This document shows positions 12,232 to 24,950 of a stretch of DNA of 64,000 nt, in pieces; position 1 is the first letter of the stretch, and every line of letters starts with the position of its first letter. Source of the DNA: the human T2T-CHM13v2.0 reference genome, Homo sapiens; NCBI RefSeq assembly GCF_009914755.1, contig NC_060926.1, one strand, 5' to 3'. A program made the position numbers and the translations under genes. Below the pieces are notes generated by a model that had not been told where the DNA came from, did no database searches, and saw only the letters and a list, made by a program, of their open reading frames with translations.

Positions 12232-13014
12232 CCTTTTTTTTCCTGGAAGACTGAATGTTATTCTGTTATTCTATTTCTATCACAAAACACTTAAGTTGTT
12301 TCCATATCTTGGCTATTGTGAATGCTGCAATGAATATAGGAGGGCAGATATCTGTTTGAGGTGTTGATTTTATTTTCTTTGAATGTACACCTGGAAGAGG
12401 GATTGATGGATCATATGGTAATTCTATTTTACTTTTTTTGAGAAAAGCTCCATACTGTTTTCCATAATGGCTGTATCAATTTACATTTCTACCAACAGTG
12501 TACAAGGCTTCTCTTTTCTCCACACCCTCACCAACATTTACCTTATGTCTTATGTCTGTGGATTGATATCTTATTGTGGTTTTGATTTGCATTTTTCTGA
12601 TGATGAGCACCTTTTCATATATCTGCTCGTCATTTTTATGTCTTCTTTGGAAAAAATGTAATTTCAAATTATTTGCTCATTTTAAAATTGAGTTATTTGG
12701 GGGGTTTTTGCTATTGAGTTGTGTAAGTTCCTTATATATTTTGGAAACCAATCTCTTATGATGAGACATATGATTTTCAAATATTTTCTCCCATCCTGTG
12801 GCCTGCCTTTTTTATTGTGTGGATTGTTTCCTTTGCTGTGCAGAAACTTCTTAGTTTCATGTAGGTCTACCTGTTCATTTTTGCTTTCTTGCCTAAGCTT
12901 TTGGTTTGATATCTAAAAATATCACCAAGCCCAATGTCAAGGAGATTTTCCTCTTTGTTTTCTTCCAAAAGTTTTGCAATTTTAAATCTTACGTCTATGT
13001 CTTAAGCCATTTTG

Positions 13015-13055
<41 letters not shown>

Positions 13056-16000
13056 TGTAAGATATGGTTCCAGTTTTATTCTTTTGCATGTGGATATTCT
13101 ACCATTTGTTGAAAAGACTGTTCTTTCCACATGGTATCTTCTTGGTTGCTTTGTCAAAAGTCAGTTGAATGTGTATGTCTGGGCTTATTTCTGGACTTTA
13201 CACTCTGTTCCATTGATACATGTCTGTTTTTGTGCAAATACCATATGGTTTTGATTACTGTAGTTTTGTAATATAACTTAAAATCCAAGAATTGTGATGC
13301 CCCCAACTGTGTTTTTCTTTCTCAAGATTTCCTTGGCTATTTGTGGTCTCTTGTGGTTCCATATGAATTTTAGAATTGTTTTTCTATGTGTATGAAAAAT
13401 GCCACTGGAATTTTGATAGGGGTTGTGTTGAATCTGTATATTGCTTTGGGTAGTATAGGCATTTTAAGAATATTAATGTTTCCAATCCATGAACATGCGA
13501 TGTCTTTCCATTTAATTGTGTCTTCTTCAATATTTTTTTAACATTTTATAGTTTTCAGTGTACAGATCTTTTAGTTCTTTGATTAAATTTATTCCTAAGT
13601 ATTTTATTTATTTTGATGCTATTGTAAATGAGGTTGTTTTCTTGATTTTCTCTCAGATAGATTGTTTTTAGTGTAAAGAAATGCAACTGATTTTTGTGTG
13701 TTGATTTTGTATTTTGCTACTTTACTGATTTCATTTAGTCATTCTAATAGTTTCATGCTGTGGATTCTTTAGGGTTTTTACATATAGAATTATGTCATCT
13801 ATAAACAGGGATACATTTTCTTTTTTCTTCCAATGTGGATGCCTTCTATTTCTTGTCTAATTGCTCTTGCTACTATTTTCAGTATTACATTAAATAGAAG
13901 TGATGAGAATGGGTATCTTTTTCTTGTACCAGATCGTAGAAGAAAAGCTTTCAGTTTTCCCCAGTTGATTATGATGTTAATTGTGGACTTTTCATAAATG
14001 GCCTTTATTATGTTTAGGGAATTTATGTGAGAGTTTTTATCATAAAAAGGATGTTGATTTTGTCAAATATTTTGTCTGTATCTATTGAGATGATCATGTG
14101 TTTTTTTATTTTTTATTCTGCTAATGTGATATATCACATTGATTTATCTGCATTGGTTAAACCACCCTTGCATCCCCAGGATAAATCCCACTTGGTTGGT
14201 CATGGTGTATAATCTTTTTGATGTGTCACTGAGTTCCATTTTCTAGTATTTTATTGAGGATTCTGCATGTATATTCATCCAAGATAGTGGCCTGTAGTTG
14301 TTTTTTGTTTGTTCTTGTGGTGTCTTTGTCTGGCTTTAATATCAGGGTAGTATTGCCTCATAAAATGCTTTTGGAAATGTTCACTCTATTTCTACTTTTT
14401 GGATGCATTTGAGAAGGGTATATACTAGTTTTTTGAATGATTGGAAGAATTCAGATGTGAAGCCATCTTGTCTTCTTTGTTGGGAGATTTTTGATTACTA
14501 CTTTATTATCTTTATTATTGGTCTGTTCAAGCTTTTTATTTCTTTTTGATTTGGTTTCAGTAGGCTTTATGTTTCTAAGAATTTACCCATTTCCTATAAG
14601 TATTCCAATTTGTTGACATATAATTGTTTATAATAGTCACTTGTGATCCTTTTTATTTCTGAGGTCTGTTATAATGTCTTCTCTTTCATTTCTGACTGTA
14701 TTTATTTGAGTCTTCTCTCTTTTTTTCTTAGTTAGTCTAGCTAGGGGTTTATCAATTTTCTATATTTTTTCAAGAAACCACTTTTAGTTCGATTATTTTT
14801 TCTGTCATTTTTGTTTTCTCTATTGATATATTGTTTGTCTCATCTTTATTATTCCTTCTCTCTGCTAACATTGGGTTTAGTCTGTTCTACCTTTTCTAGT
14901 CCTTGAGGTCTAAAGTTAGGTTCATTTGAGATCTTTCTTCTTTTTTAATGTAGGCATTTATTGTTATTAATTTCTCTCTTAGTACTGTTTTTGCTGCATC
15001 CCATAGGTTTTGCTTTATTTTCTTTTGCCTTGAGATATTTTTAAGATTACCTTTTGATTCCTTCTTTGTTTCAGTGATTATTCAAGGATATGTTATTTAG
15101 TTTCTACATATTTGTGGATTTTCTCATTTTATTCCTGCCGCTAATTTCTGGTTTCGTGACATCGTGGTTGGAAGATACTTGGTATAATTTGTCTTCTTAA
15201 ATGTCTTAAGACTTGTTTTGTGACCTAACATGTAATCTATACTGGAGAATATTCTGTTTGTGCTTGAGAAGAATGTGTATTCTTCTGCTGTTGGGTAAAA
15301 AGTTGTGTATATGTCTATTGAGTTCATTTGGTCTGTAGTGTTAAGTTTGTTGTTTATTTTCTGGGTGTTCTATCTATTTTTGAAGGTGGGGTGTTGAAGT
15401 TCCATACTATTATTTTATTGCTATCAGTTTCTTCTTTCAGACATGTTAACATATGCTATATATACTTAATTACACTGACAGTGGGTCTATATATATTTAT
15501 AATTGTTATATTTTCTTGTGTATTGACCTTTTTATTATTATGATACAACTTTCTGTGTACCTAGAGACAGTTTTTGACTTAAAGCCTACTTTGCTCTGAA
15601 ATAAGTATAGCTACTCCTGCTTTCCTTTGGCTACCATTTGCATGAAATATCTTTTTCCATCCTTTCAATTTCCACTTATACATGTCCTTGAATCTAAATT
15701 GAGTTTCTTGTAGACAGCATGCGGTTGGATCTTGCTTATTTTTTGTTGTTGTTGTTATTTGTTTGTTCGTTTTCATTCAACTGCTCTCTATCTTTTCACT
15801 GGGGAGTTTAGTTCATTTACATTTAAATAATTATTGCCAAGTAGTATTTACTGTTGTCCTTTTGTTATAGGTTTTCTGTTTGTCTTGAGGTTCTTTTGTC
15901 CCTTTCTTTTTTAACTGTCTTTGTTGCATTTTGCTTTTTTTTTTTTTTCATATATTGCTAGGTTTAATTACTTTTCCTTTTGTTTTTGTATAACTTCTTC

Positions 16001-16240
16001 AGGTATTTTGTTGTGGCTTTCATAGTACTTACATGAAATATTTTATAGTTATAATAGTCTATTTTAAGCTGAGAAAAACTTAATTTTTCCTGCATGTAGG
16101 AACTCGCCTTTTATTCTCCCCTTGATTATATGCTACCAATGTCACAATTCTCAGAGGGAATTGATCATATATAGATATTTATTGAGTATATTTGTGGGAG
16201 GAGGGAAAGTCATAGACCTCCTATTCCGCCATCTTGCTGG
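12232..16240 (-). mobile_element. Older L1M, continuation (ORF2 through endonuclease, then 5' tip)
   Basis: ORF2 endonuclease peptides at 15579-15776 (CCLQETQF..GWKKIFHANG) and 15124-15327. TATTCCGCCATCTTG 5'-end motif at ~16222-16236. Confidence 0.85.
13019..13054. repeat. (TG)n microsatellite
   Basis: About 18 uninterrupted TG units. Confidence 0.97.
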
Positions 16241-17047
16241 CATCACCATCCTCCTTTTTTGGGTCTTTTATTACTATTATTATTGCAAATGCCTTTTTAA
16301 TTAATCTAATCTCTTTTGATTCTGTAGAAAAATGTCGTTAAGTTATATAGGGTCCTCTTATCCTTTCTATTAAATGAAGACTTTAGTGTCATAGATTGGG
16401 TAAAAGAACAGATCTTCCAAGTAGGAGTTTTCTTAATTAAATAAATGAAATTCTATTACATTAAATGCATACACGTTTACTCAAGTACATCTTTATACAA
16501 TCCTAACCTCCCTATGTCTCAGACCCTTTGTTAATAAATTGTATGAATTGATTAGTTTAGCTAGAGGCCTTAGCTAGTCATACATAAGATCAATTCACTT
16601 TTTCTTGCTCACCCATTAAAGTGGAAACCTTTTTTGCTGCTAAAGAAATGGAGGGTTGGGTTAGTATTTACCTTTGAAAAATCTGATTCTAATTGTTTAT
16701 CTTTCAAGAAATATTAGTTAATTTCCAAAAAGGAAGTACATCTTGTGTTAAGTGCTGACCTATCTCACTTGAGTAGGTTTTACATGTACCTTCCATAATT
16801 TATTGCTTTCTGGCTCCAGTAAGGACCTATTTTACTTTATTTATTATTATTATTTTTTTGCCTTATCTAATTAATCCTCTCTTGAAGAAGAGGTCAAGAG
16901 GATGAAGCACTTGTATTTCTTTTGGCCCATGAAGAGCTCAAATTTAAAAAGCCTTGCCATATCCTTCTTAAGGTGATGAATGGTAGTTTAAAATCAGATG
17001 GCTCTTCATCTCTGAACTAAACGCATGGGCCTCTGTTTAAAGAATTT

Positions 17048-17636
17048 CTCACCATATGATCCAGCAATCCCACTTCTTGGTATATATCTGAAGGTTATGA
17101 AAGCAGTATGTCAAAGAGATATAAAATATAATTCTATGCTCATTGCATTATTCATAATAGCCAGGATATAAAATCAACAAATATGTTATAAACACACAAT
17201 GGAATAATATTCAGCCATAAAAATAAAAAAATCTTGTCATTTGCAAAAACACAGATGAATCTGGAGGGCATTATGTTAAGTGAACTAAGCAAGGCACAGA
17301 AATACAAGTACTGCATGATCTCACCTATATGCGGAATCTAAAAAGTTGAACTCATTTAAGCAGAGAGTAGACTGGTGGTTACCAGAAACAGGAAGAATAT
17401 CCTGGTGGACAGGAGGATAGATATATCATGGTGACTGTACTTAATAACAATCTATTGTGTACTTGAAAATTGCTGAGTTGATTTAAGTGTTTTTACCACA
17501 AAAAAATGACATATAAGGCAGTGTGTATGTTAATTAGCTTGATTTAGCCATTCCACAATATCTACATATAGCAAGATATGTTTTACGCTATAAATATATA
17601 CAATTATATTTGTCACTTAAATAAATAAAATAAAAT
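17048..17636 (+). mobile_element. L1MA-type 3' end fragment
   Basis: CCATATGATCCAGCAATCCCACTTCT...ATGATCTCAC... ending in an A-rich tail AAATAAATAAAATAAAA. Confidence 0.85.
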
Positions 17637-18019
17637 TAGCATCAAAAAGGAGGATAAAATGAAGTATTTCTCCTATGCAGAGAAACAATTTATTTACAAA
17701 GCATTAAATTATAAAACAATTCATAATCTTTGCTCATATGGCATAAAATATGAGTCTCACCATGATATTTATTATGCAGATATACTCTCTCTTTTCAGCT
17801 TCATTTTTATACTTTCAGTGGGCACCCTGAGCTTTAATAATCATATCAAACAATTGGAGCTCCCCAATTAAGCAATTAAGCTAAACTTTTTTCTGTGTCT
17901 TTATGTGTGTGCTGATCACACTGACTTATTTCCCATTCTTTACACTATTTCAAAAACTCTTATCTCTTCTTCAAAATAGCCTGACTCAATTTTTCTGAAG
18001 ATTTAAATTTAGCCAAATA

Positions 18020-18205
18020 ACATGGGTTTTGGAGTTAGGCAGATCAAAGTTCAAATTCTGCTTCTCCACTTACTGGTTCTATAACCTTGAGCAAGTTACT
18101 CAATCACTCTAAGCCTCAGTTTCCCATTTGTAAAGTGGAGACGATATCCTATGGGGTTTAGTGAGATGGAATTTGAAAAGCACCTAATATTGTCATAGCT
18201 ATTAG
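18020..18205 (+). mobile_element. MIR
   Basis: Core ACCTTGAGCAAGTTACTCAATCACTCTAAGCCTCAGTTTCCCATTTGTAAAGTGG. Confidence 0.85.
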
Positions 18206-18431
18206 TAGTAGTAGTGGTAGTAGTAGTGATAATCTTAACGTTTGATGAAAGAGTGACCGATGAAGAAATTATCAAACTTTACTTGTTATTTCACTTTCCT
18301 TCTGTAAACTACATACATCTATAAATTGCAGGCAGAGATTCTTACATAAAACTCTCAAGCTCTTAAAAAGCAGCCCTTTCATGAAACTTCAAGGTACTTC
18401 CATTTTAACAGCTCACTTTACTGTTAAATAA

Positions 18432-18788
<357 letters not shown>

Positions 18789-20279
18789 ACTTCTTGAGTT
18801 GTATTGTCGACTTCTAAATAGTGCAACCTCTAGTTTAATCTCAGGGACTATTAAATGGCCTGTAAATAGCCCATAAACAGATTTAGATTCCAAGTGGGAG
18901 GGTGAACATAACACTTTTTAAAATTGCAATAGAATTTTTCTATAAAACAGCTCTGTGACAAAATTAGGAACCATGAACAACAAAATTAATTTTTTTGGGC
19001 TGCTAGGGTAAAGGACTTTGGAAAAAACACTAAATATCAGACTCTGAGACATTGTTCTCATATGAATTATGGCTTTTTGCCCAAAATGTGTCTTCTTCAA
19101 GGCAGAAAAGGAATCAAAATTTCTTCTCATTTACTTGATAGGACAGTGGTGGCTAATTGCATCTGGCTGCTTGCCAATCATGTGATTGACTGAGTCACAA
19201 GGATGTAACATTTCTGTAGGATTTGAAGTCATTTGTCTGTCTTTGTTTTTCCTATCCCCCTTTTCTCCACATGATTAGGAATAAATTAGATATATATGCA
19301 ATGCATTTGAAAGTATTATTTTTCAAGTTACTACTATGTAAGAAAATAAGGTATATTCTTATATATACTTTCATGCATATAATTTTTTATGTTTTATCTA
19401 TTAAAAGAGCTTTTATTCATTGGAAATAGCAAGTTCATAAGGAACAGGATTTATTTTTCAATACTTCACATTTTTAATTACAAATGCAACTACTACCTGC
19501 TCAATGTTAAGGAATTTAGCCTGTCAAAAGCAGGCAAGTTGGCACTTATCAGATGCAGGTAAAAACTTGAACCTAGACACCAAAATAATATAACTGACAA
19601 AATTTCCATGTCTCCTGAACTTGTTCTTTTTAGTGTTCATTAGATATGAAAAATATCATTTTAAAGCAAAGAACTGACTCATACAAAAAAAATAAATTAT
19701 ACATCAGACTCATTGAACACAATTTTTGCTACAAGGAATTTCGCTTAATCGGTATGCAGTTTTCCCCCTAAATTTCTTCCAGATCTTTCCTCTAATTCTT
19801 CTTTGCTGTCATTATGGGCTTCAGAGAACTGTTTATTTGCCTAAAGGAAAAAAGCTTATATTCATATCACATTAATTCATTATTTCATTTGGTATGTGTT
19901 TTCCAAACTGAGATTAATTTCTTTTACAAACTACAGAAGACGGAGGAATCTGAAGGGGAGAAGAAATAGAAGCTGTGTTGTGTGACTAGCTGAGATTTTT
20001 GGCTTAACCTTTGGGAAGTTGAGTTTTCTCATCTTTAAAATATGGATCATAGATTAGGTGATTTTCAAGGGTTCTCCAGCAGCCATTTTCTAAGTCCATT
20101 TTTCTAATAGTTCTATCTGTTAATTTAAGCCAACACCACCCTCTCTTTTCTCACATACTCACAAATATCCCTTGGGAGCATTGAAAGTTTTCATTCCTTC
20201 TCTTCCCATGATACTGATCCTGTCTTTTAGAGATTTTACATTTGTTTTTCTCACAATTCCAATATCTTCATCCCTTTAG

Positions 20280-20654
<375 letters not shown>

Positions 20655-20993
20655 CCTTTAAAAAGTTTTCAAAATGTCATTTTAAAAGTATGCTGTACCA
20701 TTTGATTGAATTTTGATGGTGTACTTTTAAGTAAGTGTTCACGTCTTGATGCAATAGACACCAAAGATAGTAATTTATTTATCTTCTACATGCTTTTGTT
20801 AAATTTTCCAGTATTTAATCTCTACAAATATGGATATTGTAAAATTATTTATATTAGTGAGAAATTACATACAAATCTAAGTTGCCAATATGAGAGGAAG
20901 AATTAAACTATATGATATTAACCTGATGAAATAGTATGCAGCAATTAGAAAGTATGATTTTTGAGAAGTATGAATATGACAATGTTTGTTTTC

Positions 20994-21340
20994 TTATTAG
21001 TTAGGATCTACTAAGTTGTATTGCATAACAACTGTAAATTATCTGTTGCTTAATGCAATAAAAGTAATTTCTTGCTCATACTACATTTTTAGGATGAGTC
21101 AGGACCACGATTATGGACTTCTGTTCCACACAGTCACTCAGAAATCCAGGGTTACATAGATTTTATAGCTGCACAATTTGGGCCACCTAATCTCCTTGCC
21201 CACTGTACCTGGGAAGAGAGGAACATGGAGAAGTCAAACCTTCTTTCCTGTACTTTGGCCCAGATGTTACATATGACATCACTTTTGGTTATACCTCTTG
21301 GGTCATCACTATTTCTCTTCCTACAGTCCAGGAAGAGAAA
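20994..21340. mobile_element. Old LTR relic (MLT1/LTR33-like)
   Basis: TATTAGTTAGG...GCTTAATGCAATAAAAGTAATTTCTTGCTCA resembles old ERVL/MaLR LTR ends. Very diverged. Confidence 0.4.
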
Positions 21341-21627
21341 GAAGACAGCATGATACTGTGAGTATTAATAGTATAAGCCACAATTGAAGTTTAAAAGAAT
21401 CAAAATATATAACTGTATGTGCATATATATTCTTATAGACATCAATTAGGGAAAGATATGAAAGATTATAAGATTTCAGAAAGAGATCTGGAATGTTATT
21501 TTGTCTATTTAGAATTTTATTATTGCTAATGTTATTTATGTGGCATGTAAACGAGAAAAAAATCGCTAAGCTTTTGAGAAAATGAGGCAGTATGTGCACA
21601 ACAGAAAGAAGATGAATTTTCAAGTCA

Positions 21628-21862
21628 GCTCACTTATAAGCAAAAGCTAAACATTGAGTAAGATGGACATAAATATGGGAATAATAGACACTGTGGACTA
21701 CTAGAGGGTGGGGAGCTGGGTTAAAAAAGCTACTTAGAGAGTACTGTGCTCCCTACCTGGGTGACAGGATTCCTACATCAAATCTCAGCAACACGCAGTA
21801 TTCCCATGTAACAAAACTGCCCATGTACCCTCTATATCTAAAATAAAAGTTGACATTAAATA
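21628..21862 (+). mobile_element. Short L1PB/L1PA-old 3' end
   Basis: CTCACTTATAAG...CCCATGTAACAAAACTGCCCATGTACCC..CTAAAATAAAAGTTG. Confidence 0.8.
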
Positions 21863-21864
21863 AA

Positions 21865-22280
21865 GAATTTTGATTCAAATCCTGACATTGTTTCATCTTA
21901 ATTGGGCAAGTTATGCTGTAATACAAGTCATTTAACCTTTTTAAATTAAGCTCCTGATTCTTCATCTTTGAAGTGGGGATCAAAATATTTAGATTCTAGA
22001 GCTCTTGGGAGGATTAAATAAGATAAAGTATGTTTATTTCACTAACACTAATATAGAACTCCCAGATAGCATTATAACCGTATTAGCAACATGTAACTCA
22101 TTTACTCTTCATAACCATAATATCCAAGTAAGTAACATAATCCCAATTTTGTACATAAGGAAATTGAGGCACAAAGAACTTGCTTAAAATCACGTGGCTA
22201 AATAAGTAAGTGTCAGAACTGGATGTGAACCTTGGCGGTCTGGTTTCAGAGCTTTTCTTACTACCACTCTACTGCCTCTT
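21865..22280. mobile_element. Two MIR fragments (+ ~21865-22060; - ~22080-22280)
   Basis: TTGGGCAAGTTA...CATCTTTGAAGTGGGGAT and CCCAATTTTGTACATAAGGAAATTGAGGCACA cores. Confidence 0.7.
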
Positions 22281-23599
22281 ATAAATCTAAGCTTAGTGCC
22301 AATTGAAAGTATGAATTCAATACATGGGAACTATTTGTAGCTACAATGCTAACTACAAATTAGTTTTAGCTGTTTCTATCATATGCTAAGTAGAGGAGAT
22401 CAGGTTAATTACATATATTTTCAATAAATGAAGTTCTTCTAAATAGAAAAAATTCCATCATCTCAATTACATACAAACTTAACCCAAAGAATAAATAATT
22501 TTTGGTCTTGTGAAGAGAATAAATAATGTAGGAAGTTTAAGAAGTTATTAATCAAGAATCCTACGTATATTTTTACTCACCCATTTTCTATTCCCTCATG
22601 TCTCATTTCAAATCTGATTTCATTTTTTCCACGTTATTTTTATTTCCTCTTCTATATCTTTTGAAATTTGAGATATTTTTAGTATTTGTATAATTAAGAA
22701 AGTTATTTTGCTTAAAATTGCAATGAAATGTAGTGTCATTATTTTAGTAAATTACATGTATACTAATAGTTCTACTACTTTTTAAGTTATATGATAAAAC
22801 ATATCACTAATAAATAATCATTGAGGTTAAAGAACAATCCTGATTAGAGCTGTTACTTTGCTTTTTAAATTAATTATGTAAACACTACAGTTTTCATAAC
22901 TTATACCTGAAATACAGTATTTTTTCCACTGCTTGTTTTCACTTATCATTGAAGTTCATCTCCTCATGTTTTATTTATCTCCCTCCTTATATAAAAAAAT
23001 CTTGAAGTTTCCCAATTTGTTGAATCCATAAGCGTTTCAAATATTATTTTATTATTTCCACTCTGCTTTGATTTGTTGGTTTTACTTGTATCAGGAAACT
23101 TCTTTCCATCTTCATTTTGAAATTATTGACTGTTCAAATCTAATTTACCTGTAAATCATTAAACTAACAGACACTTTTGGCTTATGTAGGTCAACTCAGA
23201 ACTGTCCTAATTAATGATAAGAAGGCTGAACACTGTGTAGTATTCTGATATTGTAGATTATTACAAACTTACAAAGGGCAACATTTTATTAATGATGGAG
23301 AGTGTAGAACTTGCTAATTGCATTTAAAAATATATGCATCTATCCTCATCCCCTTCTTACAATTGACATTTATGTCTCCTACCAGTCCATAGTATGTAAA
23401 CTTTGTCAGGAATGGAGAAGGATACTGATATTTGGGAGCATTACAAATGATATGATCTTAGGTTGAAGCAAAGATAGGTACTTGAATACAAACCAAAATA
23501 TGACCCTTACTTTCATCTAGAAAACAACTTAATTTAAAATTTCAAGTATTTTACAAATAAAAAGGATCTAACAATCATAAATTTGATTTTAAACTCATT

Positions 23600-24950
23600 T
23601 TATTTTATTTAGGTCCATCAATTTATTGGCTCAGCATTTCATCTTCCACCTTAGATATCCCTTCTGGGATCATTTTATTTCTTCTTGAAGCGTATACTTA
23701 GAAATTTCTTTAACAAGGGTGTCTTGGTTGGAAATTTTCTCAGTTTCTGTTTTATCAAGTGTCTTTCCCCAGCTTTATTGAAGTATAATTGACAAATAAA
23801 AACTGTGTATATTCAAGGTGTACAGTGATGATTTGATATACATTGTATAATGATTACCACAATCAAGTTAATCAATACATCCATCAGCATACATAGTTAC
23901 GTGTGTGTGTTGTGTGTGGTGCGAACACTTAAGACCTACTGTCTTAACAAATTTCAAGTAAACAATACAATATTATTAACTATAGTCATCATGCTCCACA
24001 TTAGGTCCCCAAAACTTATTCATCTTATAACTGAAAGTTTGTACATTTTGACCAATATCTCCCCATTTCTGCATGCTCCTCAGTCCCTGGCAACCAACCT
24101 TCTACACTCTGCTTATATGATTTTGACTTTTATTTAAGATTCTACATATAGGTGAGATCATATAGTACTTGTTTTTCTGTGTCTGGCTTATTTCACTTAG
24201 CGTAATGTATATCTGTTGATCATTTTTATGTCATCTTTGGAAAAATGTTTACTCAGGTCCTATGCTCATTTTAAAATTAAGTTCTTTAAAAAAAATTTTG
24301 CTATTGAGTTGTATTAGTTTCTTATATTTTTTGGATACTAACCCCTTACTCCTTACCAGATACATGGTTTGCAAATATTTTTTCCCATCCTATAGGTTGC
24401 CTTTTCATTTTGCTGATTGTTTCCTTTGCTGTGCAGATTAAATGTCTTTCTTGAATGATAGCTTAGCTAGGCATATACTTCTAGAGTAACAAAAATTTTT
24501 CCTAGAGTAACAAAAAAATACAGATATTATTTTATTGTCTTGTTTCTTCTGTTTTGTTATTTTGTCATTTCTTTGTAGGTGGCTTTTTTCCTGGATGCTT
24601 TAAAAATGTCTCATTCTACTGTTTCAAATAATGTGTGTGGGCATGAATTTTCTTTCACTTTTCTTGTTATGATTCCTGAATCTGAGGATTCATGTCCTCT
24701 ATCAATTCTGGAAAGTTCTTACATATTATTTTAAAATAGCACTCCTTCACTATCCATTCTTACCTTATGCAATTTCAGTTTCTCATGTTAACCTCCATCT
24801 CTTTAGTTATTTCTTTTGAATTTTTTATATTTTTGTAATTCTGTGCTATGTTCTGTGTAATTTCTTTAGATCTTTTTCCTGGTTCCCTTATTCTTATATC
24901 ATCTTTCCAGTTAACTGTTTTGCCCATCCATGGAATTTGCAATTTTAAGA
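23600..24950 (-). mobile_element. Old L1ME-like fragment containing an L1MA/MB 3' end (~23765-24438)
   Basis: CAGCTTTATTGAAGTATAATTGACAAATAAAA... 3' UTR and TTTGCTGTGCAGA ORF2 end, within T-rich older L1 sequence. Confidence 0.7.
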
